Below, one piece after another: positions 26,552-36,988 of a stretch of DNA of 64,000 nucleotides. Source of the stretch: Candidatus Magasanikiibacteriota bacterium (GTDB lineage Bacteria > Patescibacteriota > Patescibacteriia > Magasanikbacterales > GWA2-37-8). A model generated the notes under the pieces. That model saw only the letters and a list, made by a program, of their open reading frames with translations. It had not been told where the DNA came from and searched no databases. A program made the position numbers and the translations under genes. Location: positions 339,923 through 403,922 of the forward strand of contig JACOYB010000004.1 of assembly GCA_016182085.1 (NCBI GenBank), in the 5' to 3' direction. Within the stretch, counting starts at the first letter, position 1. Every line of letters starts with the position of its first letter.

Positions 26552-26953
26552 ATGTTGAAAGTCAAATGGCGTTCTGATGATGGTCAGGGCGAAGTTTGCC
26601 CTGATTCTGGCGGTCCTGTCACCCCCGACATGGTTGAAGAAATGGTCAGGGCGGCCATTGCCTTCGTGGCCAACCTTCGGTTCGTGGCCAAGCCTCAGAA
26701 GGTTTCAAAGGTTTCAGCCGTCTTTTTCATGGTGAGCAAGCCTCAAGACGTCATGGAAAAGCAGCGTAAGGTACTGCGGCAAAACAAGAAGCTGGGTACA
26801 GCTGATCCAGAGCCTTACCCTGTCTACGGATGGATTGAAGTCGCCGCGGATTCCAACCTGGCGAACATCATGTCCAAGTTCGCCCATGAGAAGGATCGGG
26901 TTGAACGTAGCACGGTATTTACCACCTTTATGATCCAGGCCATGAAGGTGTAG
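26552..26953 (+). CDS. hypothetical protein (133 aa) on a roughly 52% GC segment
   Basis: ORF with GC3-rich codons, preceded by TTGACA / TAGTAT promoter-like boxes, a tRNA T-arm-like hairpin CCCGGGTTCAATCCGGG and a purine-rich ribosome-binding site. No family recognised. Confidence 0.45.
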   Translation: MLKVKWRSDDGQGEVCPDSGGPVTPDMVEEMVRAAIAFVANLRFVAKPQKVSKVSAVFFMVSKPQDVMEKQRKVLRQNKKLGTADPEPYPVYGWIEVAADSNLANIMSKFAHEKDRVERSTVFTTFMIQAMKV

Positions 26954-27098
26954 AAAATCCTGGATAAGCATAATTTGTGTAGGAGGTCTGCAGCGTGCGG
27001 GCCAGAGCGGTTGGGCACGCGTGTTGTCTGGGAACGGTATCGTGCCGTTCCCTATACTAACAATTATTTGTACCTTGTAAAAATAATTGAGGAATAAA

Positions 27099-27128
27099 AA
27101 ATCACCTAACTTAGGTGGTTTTTTATTG
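27099..27128. terminator. bidirectional terminator hairpin AAAAAATCACCTAACTTAGGTGGTTTTTT
   Basis: Stem flanked by an A-run and a T-run. Confidence 0.7.
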
Positions 27129-27198
27129 GCGGCAATTTACTGGACTTTTTTGATGCGGGTGATAGAATTTATAGATAACTATTTTACCGTTAATTATT

Positions 27199-28434
27199 AT
27201 GAGTCATAATGATCCGTTTGTTGGAGCTTTAAAGCAGCTAGAAAAACTAAAAAATTTAATAAATTTGGAGGAAAATATCTATCAGCAATTACAATCGCCG
27301 CAAAAATTTTTGGAAGTATCTATTCCCGTAAAAATGGATAATGGGCAGATACGAGTTTTTAAAGGCTTTCGTTCTCAGTACAGCAACGCGCGCGGACCGT
27401 ATAAAGGCGGTATCCGTTTCCACCCGCAAGTAAATGAATCCGAAGTAAAAGCGCTTAGTATGTGGATGGCTCTAAAAACGGCCGTGGTGGGTATCCCGCT
27501 TGGCGGCGGTAAAGGCGGGGTAATTGTAAATCCAAAAGAGTTATCGGCAAGTGAGTTAGAAAAATTATCTAGGGGCTATATTCAAGCGATTCATAAACTA
27601 ATCGGCCCGAATGTGGATGTGCCGGCACCGGACGTGTATACAGATCCCAAAATAATGGGCTGGATGCTTGACGAGTATGAAAAATTAACCGGCGGGGGCA
27701 ATCCTGGGGTAATTACCGGCAAACCGCTTAGTATTGGCGGTTCCAAAGCGCGCAGCTATTCCACGGCCCAGGGCGGTTTTTATGTGCTGCAAGAGGCGGT
27801 GAAAAAAATGAGTTTGCATAATGTGCGCGTAGCGGTTCAGGGTTTTGGCAATGCTGGCGCTACCATGGCAAATATTCTGGCAAAAAATGGCTATAAAGTT
27901 GTAGCGGTTTCAGATTCTAAAGGCGGAATATATAATAGTGAAGGCTTGGACATGACAACGCTTTCGGTTCATAAAGAAAAAACCGGTTCGGTGGCTAGCT
28001 TTTTTGGTGCGCAAAACATTGATGGAAATATTTTATTCCAGGAAGTTGATATTTTGGTTTTGGCGGCATTGGAAAACAGCGTAACCCTAGAAAACGCCGA
28101 ACAAATTAAGGCCCAATTGATTATAGAGTTAGCCAACGGTCCGATAACCCACGAGGCGGATGAAATTCTGGATAAAGCTGGAAAAGTTGTAGTGCCTGAT
28201 ATTTTAGCCAATGCCGGCGGGGTGGTCGTGAGTTATTTTGAGCAAGTGCAAAACGCCTATAATTATTATTGGGAAGAAAAAGATGTTTTGGAAAAATTGG
28301 CAAAAATTATGACCCAGTCTTTTGACGAGGTTTGGAGAAAGAAAGAAAAATATAATACGAATATGCGTACCGGCGCGTATGCGCTCGCAGTAGAACGAAT
28401 TGGGCAGGCAATGAAAGATAGGGGTTGGATATAA
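27199..28434 (+). CDS. gdhA: glutamate dehydrogenase (Glu/Leu/Phe/Val dehydrogenase family)
   Basis: KGGIRFHP, GGGKGGV catalytic glycine-rich region, and a Rossmann motif VAVQGFGNAGA. Confidence 0.88.
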   Translation: MSHNDPFVGALKQLEKLKNLINLEENIYQQLQSPQKFLEVSIPVKMDNGQIRVFKGFRSQYSNARGPYKGGIRFHPQVNESEVKALSMWMALKTAVVGIPLGGGKGGVIVNPKELSASELEKLSRGYIQAIHKLIGPNVDVPAPDVYTDPKIMGWMLDEYEKLTGGGNPGVITGKPLSIGGSKARSYSTAQGGFYVLQEAVKKMSLHNVRVAVQGFGNAGATMANILAKNGYKVVAVSDSKGGIYNSEGLDMTTLSVHKEKTGSVASFFGAQNIDGNILFQEVDILVLAALENSVTLENAEQIKAQLIIELANGPITHEADEILDKAGKVVVPDILANAGGVVVSYFEQVQNAYNYYWEEKDVLEKLAKIMTQSFDEVWRKKEKYNTNMRTGAYALAVERIGQAMKDRGWI

Positions 28435-28477
28435 ATAACTTGTGGCTAAAAAGTAGCTATGCTATAATTTAACCTAT

Positions 28478-29206
28478 ATGTTAAGCTATTTTTGGGCGAC
28501 TTATTTGTATCAACCGTTATTTAACGCCCTGATTTGGATTTATTTAAATATTGCCGAGCGGAATATGGGGTGGGCTGTAGTGTGGCTCACTATTTTTTTG
28601 CGTATCATTCTGTTGCCGCTTACCATCATTTCCGAACGTGACGCGGCTAAACAAAAAGACGTGGAAGCGCAAGCAATTCAAGCGGCCAAAGCCTTTAAAA
28701 ATGATCTGGTAGCCCAAAAAGAAGAAATCAGGAAAATAATGAAAAAGCACCATGTGTCTCCCTGGGCAAAAGTGGTGGTATTAGGTTTTCAAGTGCTCGT
28801 TTTTTTGCTTTTGTACCAGGTCTTTATCCGCGGCATAACTGGCGAAAGAATTATCAAACTATTGTATCCGTGGATTGATTTCCCGGGGAAGATTAACGTG
28901 GATTTTTACGGATTTAATATCGGCAATTATCACGATACATTTTGGGCGGGAATTGTGGCCATTTATCTTTTCTTTTCTATTTATTTGGGAGAATTTTCCA
29001 GTCGCGGCAAGAAAGATCAGTCAAGAATTACGTTTTTATTCCTATTTCCCTTGTTTACCTTTATAGTGCTGTGGTTTTTGCCGATGGTAAAATCATTATT
29101 TATTTTGACAACCATGATATTTTCTGATATAATTTCTATTATCAGAAGAATGATTTTTCCGGAGAAAAAGGCGGAAGCGCCGGCCAAAACAGCTGCTAAA
29201 AAGTAA
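28478..29206 (+). CDS. yidC: membrane protein insertase YidC/Oxa1 family (short form)
   Basis: LYQPLFNAL...MGWAVVWLTIFLRIILLPLTI and MKKHHVSPWAKVVVLGFQVLVFLLLYQVF match the conserved YidC TM2/TM3 blocks. Confidence 0.75.
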   Translation: MLSYFWATYLYQPLFNALIWIYLNIAERNMGWAVVWLTIFLRIILLPLTIISERDAAKQKDVEAQAIQAAKAFKNDLVAQKEEIRKIMKKHHVSPWAKVVVLGFQVLVFLLLYQVFIRGITGERIIKLLYPWIDFPGKINVDFYGFNIGNYHDTFWAGIVAIYLFFSIYLGEFSSRGKKDQSRITFLFLFPLFTFIVLWFLPMVKSLFILTTMIFSDIISIIRRMIFPEKKAEAPAKTAAKK

Positions 29207-29220
29207 AATTAAAATAACCA

Positions 29221-29278
29221 ATGTCATCCTGAACAAGTTTTCGGGATCTAGATGCCGAAAACTTGTTCGGCATGACAA
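29221..29278. repeat. palindromic element, copy C
   Basis: ATGTCATCCTGAACAAGTTTTCGGGATCTAGATGCCGAAAACTTGTTCGGCATGACAA; arms are near-perfect reverse complements. Confidence 0.7.
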
Positions 29279-29293
29279 TTAACAGTAAAATCT

Positions 29294-29860
29294 ATGTCCG
29301 GAGATTCAATGGATAAATTAATGTATTCCTTTGTAATGGACGATGTTTTGAAAGGCCTGTTTATCAGTGTTCCGCCCGGATACGTGGCTTGTGTGTATGA
29401 TTTAGGCAGGGGAGTCTTAAAAAAAGTATTAACACCGGGACTTCATCTTAAAATTCCTTTTTGGCAAAAAGCAAAATTATTTAATACCCAGACGCTAGAA
29501 TATAGCATTTCCAGACAATTCAACGCTGAGCATGAAAGAGCGTTGGGTGATATTCCAATTGCGGCCGGTACAAAAGACGGCCAGCGAGTAGGGGTAGAAG
29601 GCACAATTCTGTTGCGTTTAGATGTTCATCAAGTACCTTCTATTTGGCAAACCATTGGTGAGGATTTTGTGGCCAAAATTGTCCGCCCGACTATTCGCAG
29701 CCGTGTACGTATGGTATTTAGCAAGTTTGATTATCAAGAAATAGTGGGAGCAAAAAGAGACGCGGTGGAAATGGAGCTTAAAAACGAGTTGGAACGCATA
29801 TTTTATGCCCGCGGTATTTATGTGGAAAATGTACTCTTAAGCGAGATAGGTAAGATTTAA
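29294..29860 (+). CDS. SPFH/band-7 domain protein (stomatin/HflC-like)
   Basis: PGYVACVYDLGRGVLKKVLTPGLHLKIPFWQKAKLFNTQ followed by an SPFH core. Confidence 0.65.
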   Translation: MSGDSMDKLMYSFVMDDVLKGLFISVPPGYVACVYDLGRGVLKKVLTPGLHLKIPFWQKAKLFNTQTLEYSISRQFNAEHERALGDIPIAAGTKDGQRVGVEGTILLRLDVHQVPSIWQTIGEDFVAKIVRPTIRSRVRMVFSKFDYQEIVGAKRDAVEMELKNELERIFYARGIYVENVLLSEIGKI

Positions 29861-29946
29861 TTTAGTGAAGAAATGCGGGAAAATATAAAATAATAGATGT
29901 AAAAAAGGCCCTTGACGGGGCTTTTTTGGTATGTTATTATCACTCA

Positions 29947-29973
29947 TAAGGAAAGAGTGATAAACATCAATTG
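29947..29973 (+). promoter_or_regulatory. CIRCE-like HrcA operator variant TTATCACTC-N9-GAGTGATAA
   Basis: Perfect 9-bp inverted repeat with a 9-nt spacer, 6 bp upstream of the hrcA ATG. The consensus is TTAGCACTC-N9-GAGTGCTAA. Confidence 0.7.
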
Positions 29974-29978
29974 TCTAT

Positions 29979-30659
29979 ATGGATAACCGCAAAGATAAAT
30001 TACTGACTTTGGTTATAGAAAGCTATATTAAAAATGCCGAACCAATCGGCTCAAAATTTTTAGTTTCGTTCGGTGATTTGGATTTTAGCGAAGCCACCGT
30101 ACGCAATGAACTGCGCGCTTTAGAAGAAGAAGGATACCTTACGCATCCGCATACCTCGGCCGGCAGAATTCCAACCGAAAAAGGTTATCGTCATTACGTA
30201 AATCAATTAAATTTGGAAAAAAGCAGCATTCCAAGAAATGATTATAAAACCCTAGCCGACTCTTTTTCTGAAAATCAAGATTATGAATTGTCTGTAAAAA
30301 ATTTGGCCAAAGCCGCTGTGGAACTCTCCAACGAAACAGTTATTATCGCTTTTTCCTCGGAAAAAGTGTATTATACCGGCTTGTCAAACTTATTTAATAA
30401 ATCAGAATTCGGTGATTTAAATGCCGTAACAAACATTTCGGAAGTTTTTGATAATTGCGAACAGTATCTGGAGAATTTTTTGGATAAAGTGGAAAATTCT
30501 CCGCGGTATTTCATTGGCAGCGAGAACCCGTTTGATGAAATGTTAAGCGTGATATCGGCTCGATTTGGCAAGGAAGGCATGGTCGCGCTACTCGGTCCAA
30601 AAAGAATGGATTATAGATATAATTTCGGTTTGATTAAAAAATTGCTAGAGATAATCTAG
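29979..30659 (+). CDS. hrcA: heat-inducible transcription repressor HrcA
   Basis: N-terminal winged helix KFLVSFGDLDFSEATVRNELRALEEEGYLTHPHTSAGRIPTEKGYRHYV. Confidence 0.85.
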   Translation: MDNRKDKLLTLVIESYIKNAEPIGSKFLVSFGDLDFSEATVRNELRALEEEGYLTHPHTSAGRIPTEKGYRHYVNQLNLEKSSIPRNDYKTLADSFSENQDYELSVKNLAKAAVELSNETVIIAFSSEKVYYTGLSNLFNKSEFGDLNAVTNISEVFDNCEQYLENFLDKVENSPRYFIGSENPFDEMLSVISARFGKEGMVALLGPKRMDYRYNFGLIKKLLEII

Positions 30660-30704
30660 GGAGTAGGGCATAGTGAGTGATGAATAGTCAATAACTAAAA
30701 ATAT

Positions 30705-31220
30705 ATGGACGAAGATAATAAAACACAAAACGAAAACCAAGAAGGTGCTGGCAATCCCGCTTGCGAAAATTGCGAAAAGCTAAAAGCCGAAGTGGAAGAG
30801 TATAAGGCTGGTTGGCAGCGAGCGCTCGCGGACTACAAAAATTTACAGAAAGAGACGGTTGATATGCGCGGCGTGTGGGCCAAAGCCAGCGAGCAATATA
30901 TTTTGGAAGAATTTATACCGGTATACGAAAATTTTAAAAAGGCCTTTGCTCATCGGGATGCCATGACTGATGAAAATGGTTGGAAACAATGGGCCGAGGG
31001 TATAGGTTTTATCAAAAAACAATTTGGAGATATATTGAAAAACTATCAAGTTGAAGAAATAAAAACGGTTGGCGAGAAGTTTGATCCTCGTGTCCATGAA
31101 GCAATTGGCGAAGAGTCCAGTGAAGGCGAGTCAAATTTAGTGCTTAAAGAAGTAGAAGGCGGTTATAAAAGAGGGGATAAGATAATTAAAGCGGCACGAG
31201 TAATTATAAGCAAAGCTTGA
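30705..31220 (+). CDS. grpE: nucleotide exchange factor GrpE
   Basis: Coiled-coil N-terminus and the RALADYKNLQKE...GDKIIKAARVIISKA C-terminal beta domain; positioned between hrcA and dnaK. Confidence 0.75.
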   Translation: MDEDNKTQNENQEGAGNPACENCEKLKAEVEEYKAGWQRALADYKNLQKETVDMRGVWAKASEQYILEEFIPVYENFKKAFAHRDAMTDENGWKQWAEGIGFIKKQFGDILKNYQVEEIKTVGEKFDPRVHEAIGEESSEGESNLVLKEVEGGYKRGDKIIKAARVIISKA

Positions 31221-31441
31221 AATTACGCCCGCCCGCAACGCTATGCTTGCATTAGCGGGTAGGTCGGGCTTCAAAAAAGAAAATTCTTTTCTTTTTATTC
31301 ACCTCGGGGGATATCACCGATGTTGTTAGTACGTTTTTTGGCGGGGATGAAAAGGGAAGCCTGGTTCTTTCAGCCCCTCTTTTTGAAGCGGATAGCCATT
31401 ATGAAGAGTATAAAAAAGTTCTGCAGAAAGCCGAAGATATA

Positions 31442-32035
31442 GTGAATCAGGTTGGTCCGGAAGATTTGGTAGGTTTGGTTAAACACGGCACGGTTGATAT
31501 TACGGTGCTGGCTCGTTTATTTGAAAAGTATATTAAAGAAAATAAATTTGAAAATAATTTTAAAAAATTAGTTGAAGCCTTAACCGAATTAAAGCATTTT
31601 GATTCTGATGATTTTGATTTAAGCAACGAACTGACGGCTGAAACCAAACCCATCAAAGTGTATCCGGTTCTCATGAAATTTAAATCGCTCTTACAAAATA
31701 AAACAATTGAATCTTTGATTGACAAATCCAGTATCCACACTTCGGTGATTCAAGAATTTTTGCGGGCTGCGATTAGAGGTGATATTACGGTGAGCCAGCA
31801 GCTGCAAAATAAGGCCAAGGAAACGCTGGCGAAATTGCCGGATCGCGACATATTGTCTGAAACAGAGTTAATTATTATGGAAGTAAAAGATTATAAAGGC
31901 CTTCAATCTTTAATTGAAAGCGAAATGTTAGATATATATCAATTAAGATCGCTGGCGATGCTGTACCAAGAGGGTAAAAGAAAAGACCCCGGTGGCTGCT
32001 TTACTAAGATTACTCAAGCTCTAAAATTCAGATAA
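31442..32035 (+). CDS. hypothetical protein (197 aa) inserted between grpE and dnaK
   Basis: GTG-initiated ORF with host codon usage and charged helical character; no family recognised. Confidence 0.5.
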   Translation: MNQVGPEDLVGLVKHGTVDITVLARLFEKYIKENKFENNFKKLVEALTELKHFDSDDFDLSNELTAETKPIKVYPVLMKFKSLLQNKTIESLIDKSSIHTSVIQEFLRAAIRGDITVSQQLQNKAKETLAKLPDRDILSETELIIMEVKDYKGLQSLIESEMLDIYQLRSLAMLYQEGKRKDPGGCFTKITQALKFR

Positions 32036-32069
32036 TGCATAATTCAATTAATAATTTACATTTATTTAT

Positions 32070-33971
32070 ATGTCAAAAGTACTCGGAATTGATCTTGGAA
32101 CTACCAATAGCTGCGTGGCCATCATTGAAGGCGGTCAGCCAAAGGTTTTAGAAAATAAAGAAGGAAATCGCACCACTCCATCGATTGTGGCAATTTCCAA
32201 AACCGGTGAACGCTTGGTTGGGCAGTTGGCCAAACGCCAATCTGTTACCAATCCGCAAAATACATTATATTCCGTAAAGCGTCTGATTGGCCGCCGTTTT
32301 GAAGATACCGAAGTGCAGCGGGATCTGTCTTTACTTCCATATAAAATTGTAAAAAGCGAAGACAAGGTAAAAATAGAAATGCAGGGTAAAGAATATACGC
32401 CGCAGGAAATTTCGGCTATGGTACTGCAAAAATTAAAAGCAGATGCCGAAGAAAAATTAGGCACAACAATTACCGAAGCCGTAATTACCGTGCCGGCCTA
32501 TTTTGATGATTCACAGCGCCAGGCTACCAAAGATGCAGGCACAATTGCCGGTTTAAATGTTTTGCGTATTATCAACGAGCCAACTGCCGCTGCTTTGGCC
32601 TACGGATTTGATAAGAAAAAAGATCAAAAAATCGCTGTCTATGACTTGGGTGGCGGCACATTTGATATTTCTATTTTGGAAGTAAGCGCCGATACGGTAC
32701 AGGTGTTGTCTACTAACGGTGATACTCATCTAGGCGGTGACGATTTTGATCAGGTTGTTATTTCTTGGATTCTGGAAGAATTCAAGAAAGATCAAGGTAT
32801 AAATTTAAGCAAAGACCCGTTAGCTTTGCAGCGTATTAAGGAGGCCGCGGAAAAAGCAAAAATAGAACTTTCTACAGCTCAAGAAACCGAAATCAACCAG
32901 CCTTTTATTACCTCTGATTCTTCGGGTCCAAAACATTTGGTAATGAAATTGACACGAGCCAAGTTGGAAGAATTGGTCGGGGATTTGATAGATAAAACCC
33001 TAGCGCCAGTACGCAAAGCCCTGGAAGATGCGAAGTTAAAACCGGAAGATTTACACGAAATAGTTATGGTTGGGGGTATGACTCGCATGCCGCTTGTGCT
33101 GCAAACCGTAGAAAAGTTTTTTGGCAAAAAACCGAATATCAGCGTTAATCCGGATGAAGTAGTGGCAATTGGCGCGGCGGTGCAAGCCGGTGTCTTAAAG
33201 GGCGAGGTGCATGACGTGTTGCTTTTGGATGTTATCCCGTTGTCATTTGGGCTTGAAACTATGGGTGGAGTGATGACCAAGCTTATTGAACGCAATACCA
33301 CGATTCCTACGTCTAAAAGCCAGGTGTTTTCAACTGCCGCCGACAACCAGCCAGCCGTAGAAATAAATGTTTTGCAAGGTGAACGTCCAATGGCTGCGGA
33401 TAACAAAACTTTGGGCAGATTTATTCTTGACGGCATTCCGCCGGCTCCGCGCGGCGTACCGCAAGTTGAAGTGACTTTTGATATTGACGCCAACGGCATT
33501 TTAAATGTTAAGGCAAAAGACAAAGCTACGAATAAAGAACAGTCAATTCGCATTGAAGCTTCTACCGGCTTATCTAAAGAAGAAATAGAAAAAATGAAAC
33601 AAGATGCCGAAGTGCATGCGGTTGAAGATAAAAAGAAGCAAGAACTTATTGAGGCAAAAAATATTGCCGATACGATGGTGTATACCACCGAAAAAATGAT
33701 GAAAGAAGTGGAAGAAAAGAAAGTTGCCATAACCGAAGATGAAAAAAATAAAGTAAACGAAGCTCTAAAAGCGCTTAAAGAAGTGAAAGATAAAGACGAT
33801 GTTGATTTGATTAAAAAAGCATCGGAAGAATTATCCAAGGCAGCGCAAGTTGTTGGCACCAAAATGTACTCCGCCCAAGGCGGACAGGCAAGCGGACAAG
33901 CTGCTCCGGATACGGAAGAGAAAAAGGATAGCGGTGAACAGGGGCCGATTGAAGGTGAAGTCGTAAAATAG
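32070..33971 (+). CDS. dnaK: molecular chaperone DnaK (Hsp70)
   Basis: [38 protein letters not shown], and a 633-aa length. Confidence 0.97.
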   Translation: MSKVLGIDLGTTNSCVAIIEGGQPKVLENKEGNRTTPSIVAISKTGERLVGQLAKRQSVTNPQNTLYSVKRLIGRRFEDTEVQRDLSLLPYKIVKSEDKVKIEMQGKEYTPQEISAMVLQKLKADAEEKLGTTITEAVITVPAYFDDSQRQATKDAGTIAGLNVLRIINEPTAAALAYGFDKKKDQKIAVYDLGGGTFDISILEVSADTVQVLSTNGDTHLGGDDFDQVVISWILEEFKKDQGINLSKDPLALQRIKEAAEKAKIELSTAQETEINQPFITSDSSGPKHLVMKLTRAKLEELVGDLIDKTLAPVRKALEDAKLKPEDLHEIVMVGGMTRMPLVLQTVEKFFGKKPNISVNPDEVVAIGAAVQAGVLKGEVHDVLLLDVIPLSFGLETMGGVMTKLIERNTTIPTSKSQVFSTAADNQPAVEINVLQGERPMAADNKTLGRFILDGIPPAPRGVPQVEVTFDIDANGILNVKAKDKATNKEQSIRIEASTGLSKEEIEKMKQDAEVHAVEDKKKQELIEAKNIADTMVYTTEKMMKEVEEKKVAITEDEKNKVNEALKALKEVKDKDDVDLIKKASEELSKAAQVVGTKMYSAQGGQASGQAAPDTEEKKDSGEQGPIEGEVVK

Positions 33972-34028
33972 TATAATATGATAATCCACGGGCGCAAGTC
34001 CGTGGTGTTATCTTAATTTGTTTTTTGT

Positions 34029-34493
34029 ATGCCGGAAGATTTAAACATGGAATCAGCGGTGTTGGAGGAAGAAAATAAGCAAAAGCTAAAACTGTTTAAA
34101 GAGGAAATTAAAAAGATAAAAGAATTTAACGACACTCTTCGAGAGGTAAAAGATGTTGAAAATCTACAATTGGAGGAACGCGAGATTTGGGAAAATTATA
34201 AAAAATCCTTTATGGAGATGGATGTGTTTTTTTCAACTTTTACGCTTGAACTGTATGAAGAAAAAAAAGATGAGTTAGAAAATATTTTTACAAACCTAAA
34301 AAACGCCGGCTATATAAGAAAAAATCGCGGTCAAAAGGATAGGGATGAATTTATAGCATGGGTAAGAAATCGCGTCGGAGGGTTTAATATGTATTTAGAA
34401 AATCTTTTAACATCGGATGATGCATATAGATCGGAAGATTTAGCAGCAATTAAAAATAATATTTTAGAAGAAAAGAAAAAAATTTCGTTATAG
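34029..34493 (+). CDS. hypothetical highly charged coiled-coil protein (154 aa) between dnaK and dnaJ
   Basis: E/K-rich ORF; no family recognised. Confidence 0.5.
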   Translation: MPEDLNMESAVLEEENKQKLKLFKEEIKKIKEFNDTLREVKDVENLQLEEREIWENYKKSFMEMDVFFSTFTLELYEEKKDELENIFTNLKNAGYIRKNRGQKDRDEFIAWVRNRVGGFNMYLENLLTSDDAYRSEDLAAIKNNILEEKKKISL

Positions 34494-34499
34494 CGACCT

Positions 34500-35582
34500 A
34501 TGTCCAAAGACTATTATAAAATTCTCGGCATTGAAAAAAATGCTTCAGCTGATGAGATAAAAAAAGCCTTTAAAAAAGCGGCCATGCAACACCACCCGGA
34601 TAGGCCGGGCGGGAATGAAGCCAAATTTAAAGAAGTAAATGAAGCCTATCAAGTGCTCAGCGATGCCCAGAAACGCCAGCGTTATGATCAATTTGGCGCT
34701 GATTTTGAGCAACAGGGCGGTTTTGGGCAGGGCACGAATTGGGAGGATGTGATGAGCGCATTTAGAGGCGGAGGTTTTTCCCAAGGCGGTTTCTCTGGCG
34801 GAGATTTCGGAGATATTTTTGGCGATTTATTTGGCGGAGGGCGAAGCCGAGGTCCCGCCAGAGGCCATGATATACAGGTAGATGTGGAAATAGATTTTAA
34901 AGAAGCCGCATTCGGCGTGGAAAAGGAAATCAACTTACGGAAGCAAAATAAATGTGATGTTTGTAAGGGTAGCGGCGGTGAACCTGGCAGTAAAATGGAA
35001 ACTTGCACAACCTGCAATGGCCGAGGACAAGTAACGCAAACTCAGCGCACTTTTTTGGGTGCCATGCAAACGGTGGCAACTTGCGGAGATTGTCATGGTT
35101 TAGGCAAAAAACCTTCTAAAAAATGCAAGCATTGCGGCGGTTCGGGAGTAGTGCAGAGCAGCTCAGCTATTAAAATTAAAATTCCCGGGGGCATTGATGA
35201 TGGCCAGTCAATTAGGCTTGATGGCCAAGGTGAAACGGCCCCGCATGGCGGAAGCGCTGGAAGTTTATATGTGCGCGTGCGAGTTAAGCCTTTAAAAGGT
35301 TTCACGCGTGACGGGTATGACGTATATACCGAAGAAGAAATCAGCTATCCACAGGCAGTTTTAGGTGATAAGATTGATGTGGAAACCCTAGACGGCAGGG
35401 TAACGCTGGTTGTGCCTGAAGGCGTGGAATCCGGGCAGCTTATCAGAATAAAGCATAAGGGTGTACAATACTTGGAAAGAAACGCCCGCGGCGATCAGTA
35501 TGTAAAAATAAAAATACGGGTGCCAAAAAAATTAAGTAAAGAAGCCAAAAAGAAGCTGGAAGAATTGAAAGAAGAGTTATAA
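34500..35582 (+). CDS. dnaJ: molecular chaperone DnaJ
   Basis: J-domain [31 protein letters not shown], a G/F-rich linker, and four CxxCxGxG zinc-finger repeats. Confidence 0.93.
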   Translation: MSKDYYKILGIEKNASADEIKKAFKKAAMQHHPDRPGGNEAKFKEVNEAYQVLSDAQKRQRYDQFGADFEQQGGFGQGTNWEDVMSAFRGGGFSQGGFSGGDFGDIFGDLFGGGRSRGPARGHDIQVDVEIDFKEAAFGVEKEINLRKQNKCDVCKGSGGEPGSKMETCTTCNGRGQVTQTQRTFLGAMQTVATCGDCHGLGKKPSKKCKHCGGSGVVQSSSAIKIKIPGGIDDGQSIRLDGQGETAPHGGSAGSLYVRVRVKPLKGFTRDGYDVYTEEEISYPQAVLGDKIDVETLDGRVTLVVPEGVESGQLIRIKHKGVQYLERNARGDQYVKIKIRVPKKLSKEAKKKLEELKEEL

Positions 35583-35603
35583 TATTCGCAGCAATTCTTA
35601 TTT

Positions 35604-36116
35604 TTGCTTATGAGTAGAAAAAAAACAAAAAAAGAATTTGAAGATTTCTATAACTCCCATATTGACAAAGTATACCGCTTTGTTTTTTTTCGCGTAAATT
35701 GCGACAAAGATCTGGCGCAAGATTTGGTGTCAGAAATATTTATTAAAGCCGTGGAGCATTTTGCGGATTACGACCCAGCCATAAGTAAGACGGCCTGGAT
35801 TATGACCATAACCAGAAATCACTTGGCCAATCATTGGCGGGATAGAAAGCCTACCCTAGCTATCCCCGAGGATGAAACCGGTTTGGCCGAGGGCTTTTGG
35901 CTGCACTCGGCAATTGGGCTGTTTAAGAAGGAGGAGGCCAAACAGGAGCTGAATAGCCTTCTAGAGGGGCTGGATAAGGATAGCCGGGAAATTGTAACCT
36001 TTCACTATATTTTAGGGTATAGTTATGCAGAGATAGCGGAAATGAAGAATATGACCGAAACTGCGGTAAAAGTCGCTGCTCACCGTATTATTAAAAAACT
36101 TTACGCGAATATATAG
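35604..36116 (+). CDS. ECF-type RNA polymerase sigma factor
   Basis: Region 2 VYRFVFFRVN...DLVSEIFIKAVEHF...ITRNHLANHWRD; region 4 SREIVTFHYILGYSYAEIAEMKNMTETAVKVAAHRIIKKL. Confidence 0.8.
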   Translation: MLMSRKKTKKEFEDFYNSHIDKVYRFVFFRVNCDKDLAQDLVSEIFIKAVEHFADYDPAISKTAWIMTITRNHLANHWRDRKPTLAIPEDETGLAEGFWLHSAIGLFKKEEAKQELNSLLEGLDKDSREIVTFHYILGYSYAEIAEMKNMTETAVKVAAHRIIKKLYANI

Positions 36117-36144
36117 CAGCCCGGCATATTCGCCTGAACTCAAT

Positions 36145-36969
36145 ATGAAATTTAAAACTAGGTATAATCTTTGGAAATTGAAACGAAGCGCCAGTCCCAG
36201 CTTTGTTTTTAAAGCTGTGTTACGAAAAGATTTGCGTAAAGCCTGGGATGCCGCGCATGGCTCTCCCCATTGGTATGAGTTCCCGTTAATTCATAAAGCC
36301 GTATCAATGGCGGTGGTGGCGCTGCTTTTAACTGGCGCGGGCGGAGCTTACGCGTATAATAGTCCTGAAGTTACGGAAGGTACGCCCCTTTATTCCATTA
36401 AAGAAGCTTTGGAAAATGTGGAAGAAATAACCAGGATTACTCCCGAAGCCAAAGCAAAATTTTATCTGAAGAAAATAGAACGTCGTGAAGCCGAGCGGGA
36501 AGTGATCAAAGAGCGCTTATTGCCGGAAATACAATCTGAAATTGAAAGAATAGAGGTTGAGATCGCGTCAGGTACAAAATCTGAAATAGAAGTAGAAGTG
36601 CAGGAAAAAACAAAAATTAAGGCCGCGGAACGCAAAATTCGCAAGACTGAAAAATCCATAGAAAAAGCTGAGGCACAGTTGGAGAAGACGCAAAAAATAT
36701 TTGAAAAATCCAAATCAAAAAATGTTAAATTACTTCAAGAAGTAAGAAGCAGAATAGAACGAAGTCAGCAGCGCCGAAGGATGCAGGCGGAAATAAAAGC
36801 CGAAACCAAGTTTGAATCTAATATTGAAGAAGGCGTGGTGCCGCCCGAAGAGTCAGAAGTAAGCGGCACAGAGCGTATTGAGCTGCAACCAGCAACACAG
36901 ACAGAGGCAAACACTCAAGAATCCCAACAAGAACAAAGGTCGTTAAAAAGCACTTTTAATTTAAATTAA
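36145..36969 (+). CDS. membrane-anchored coiled-coil protein; candidate anti-sigma factor by position
   Basis: TM helix AVSMAVVALLLTGAGGAYA followed by an E/K/R-rich coiled coil; directly downstream of the ECF sigma gene. Confidence 0.4.
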   Translation: MKFKTRYNLWKLKRSASPSFVFKAVLRKDLRKAWDAAHGSPHWYEFPLIHKAVSMAVVALLLTGAGGAYAYNSPEVTEGTPLYSIKEALENVEEITRITPEAKAKFYLKKIERREAEREVIKERLLPEIQSEIERIEVEIASGTKSEIEVEVQEKTKIKAAERKIRKTEKSIEKAEAQLEKTQKIFEKSKSKNVKLLQEVRSRIERSQQRRRMQAEIKAETKFESNIEEGVVPPEESEVSGTERIELQPATQTEANTQESQQEQRSLKSTFNLN

Positions 36970-36988
36970 TTATAAATATATAATTAGT

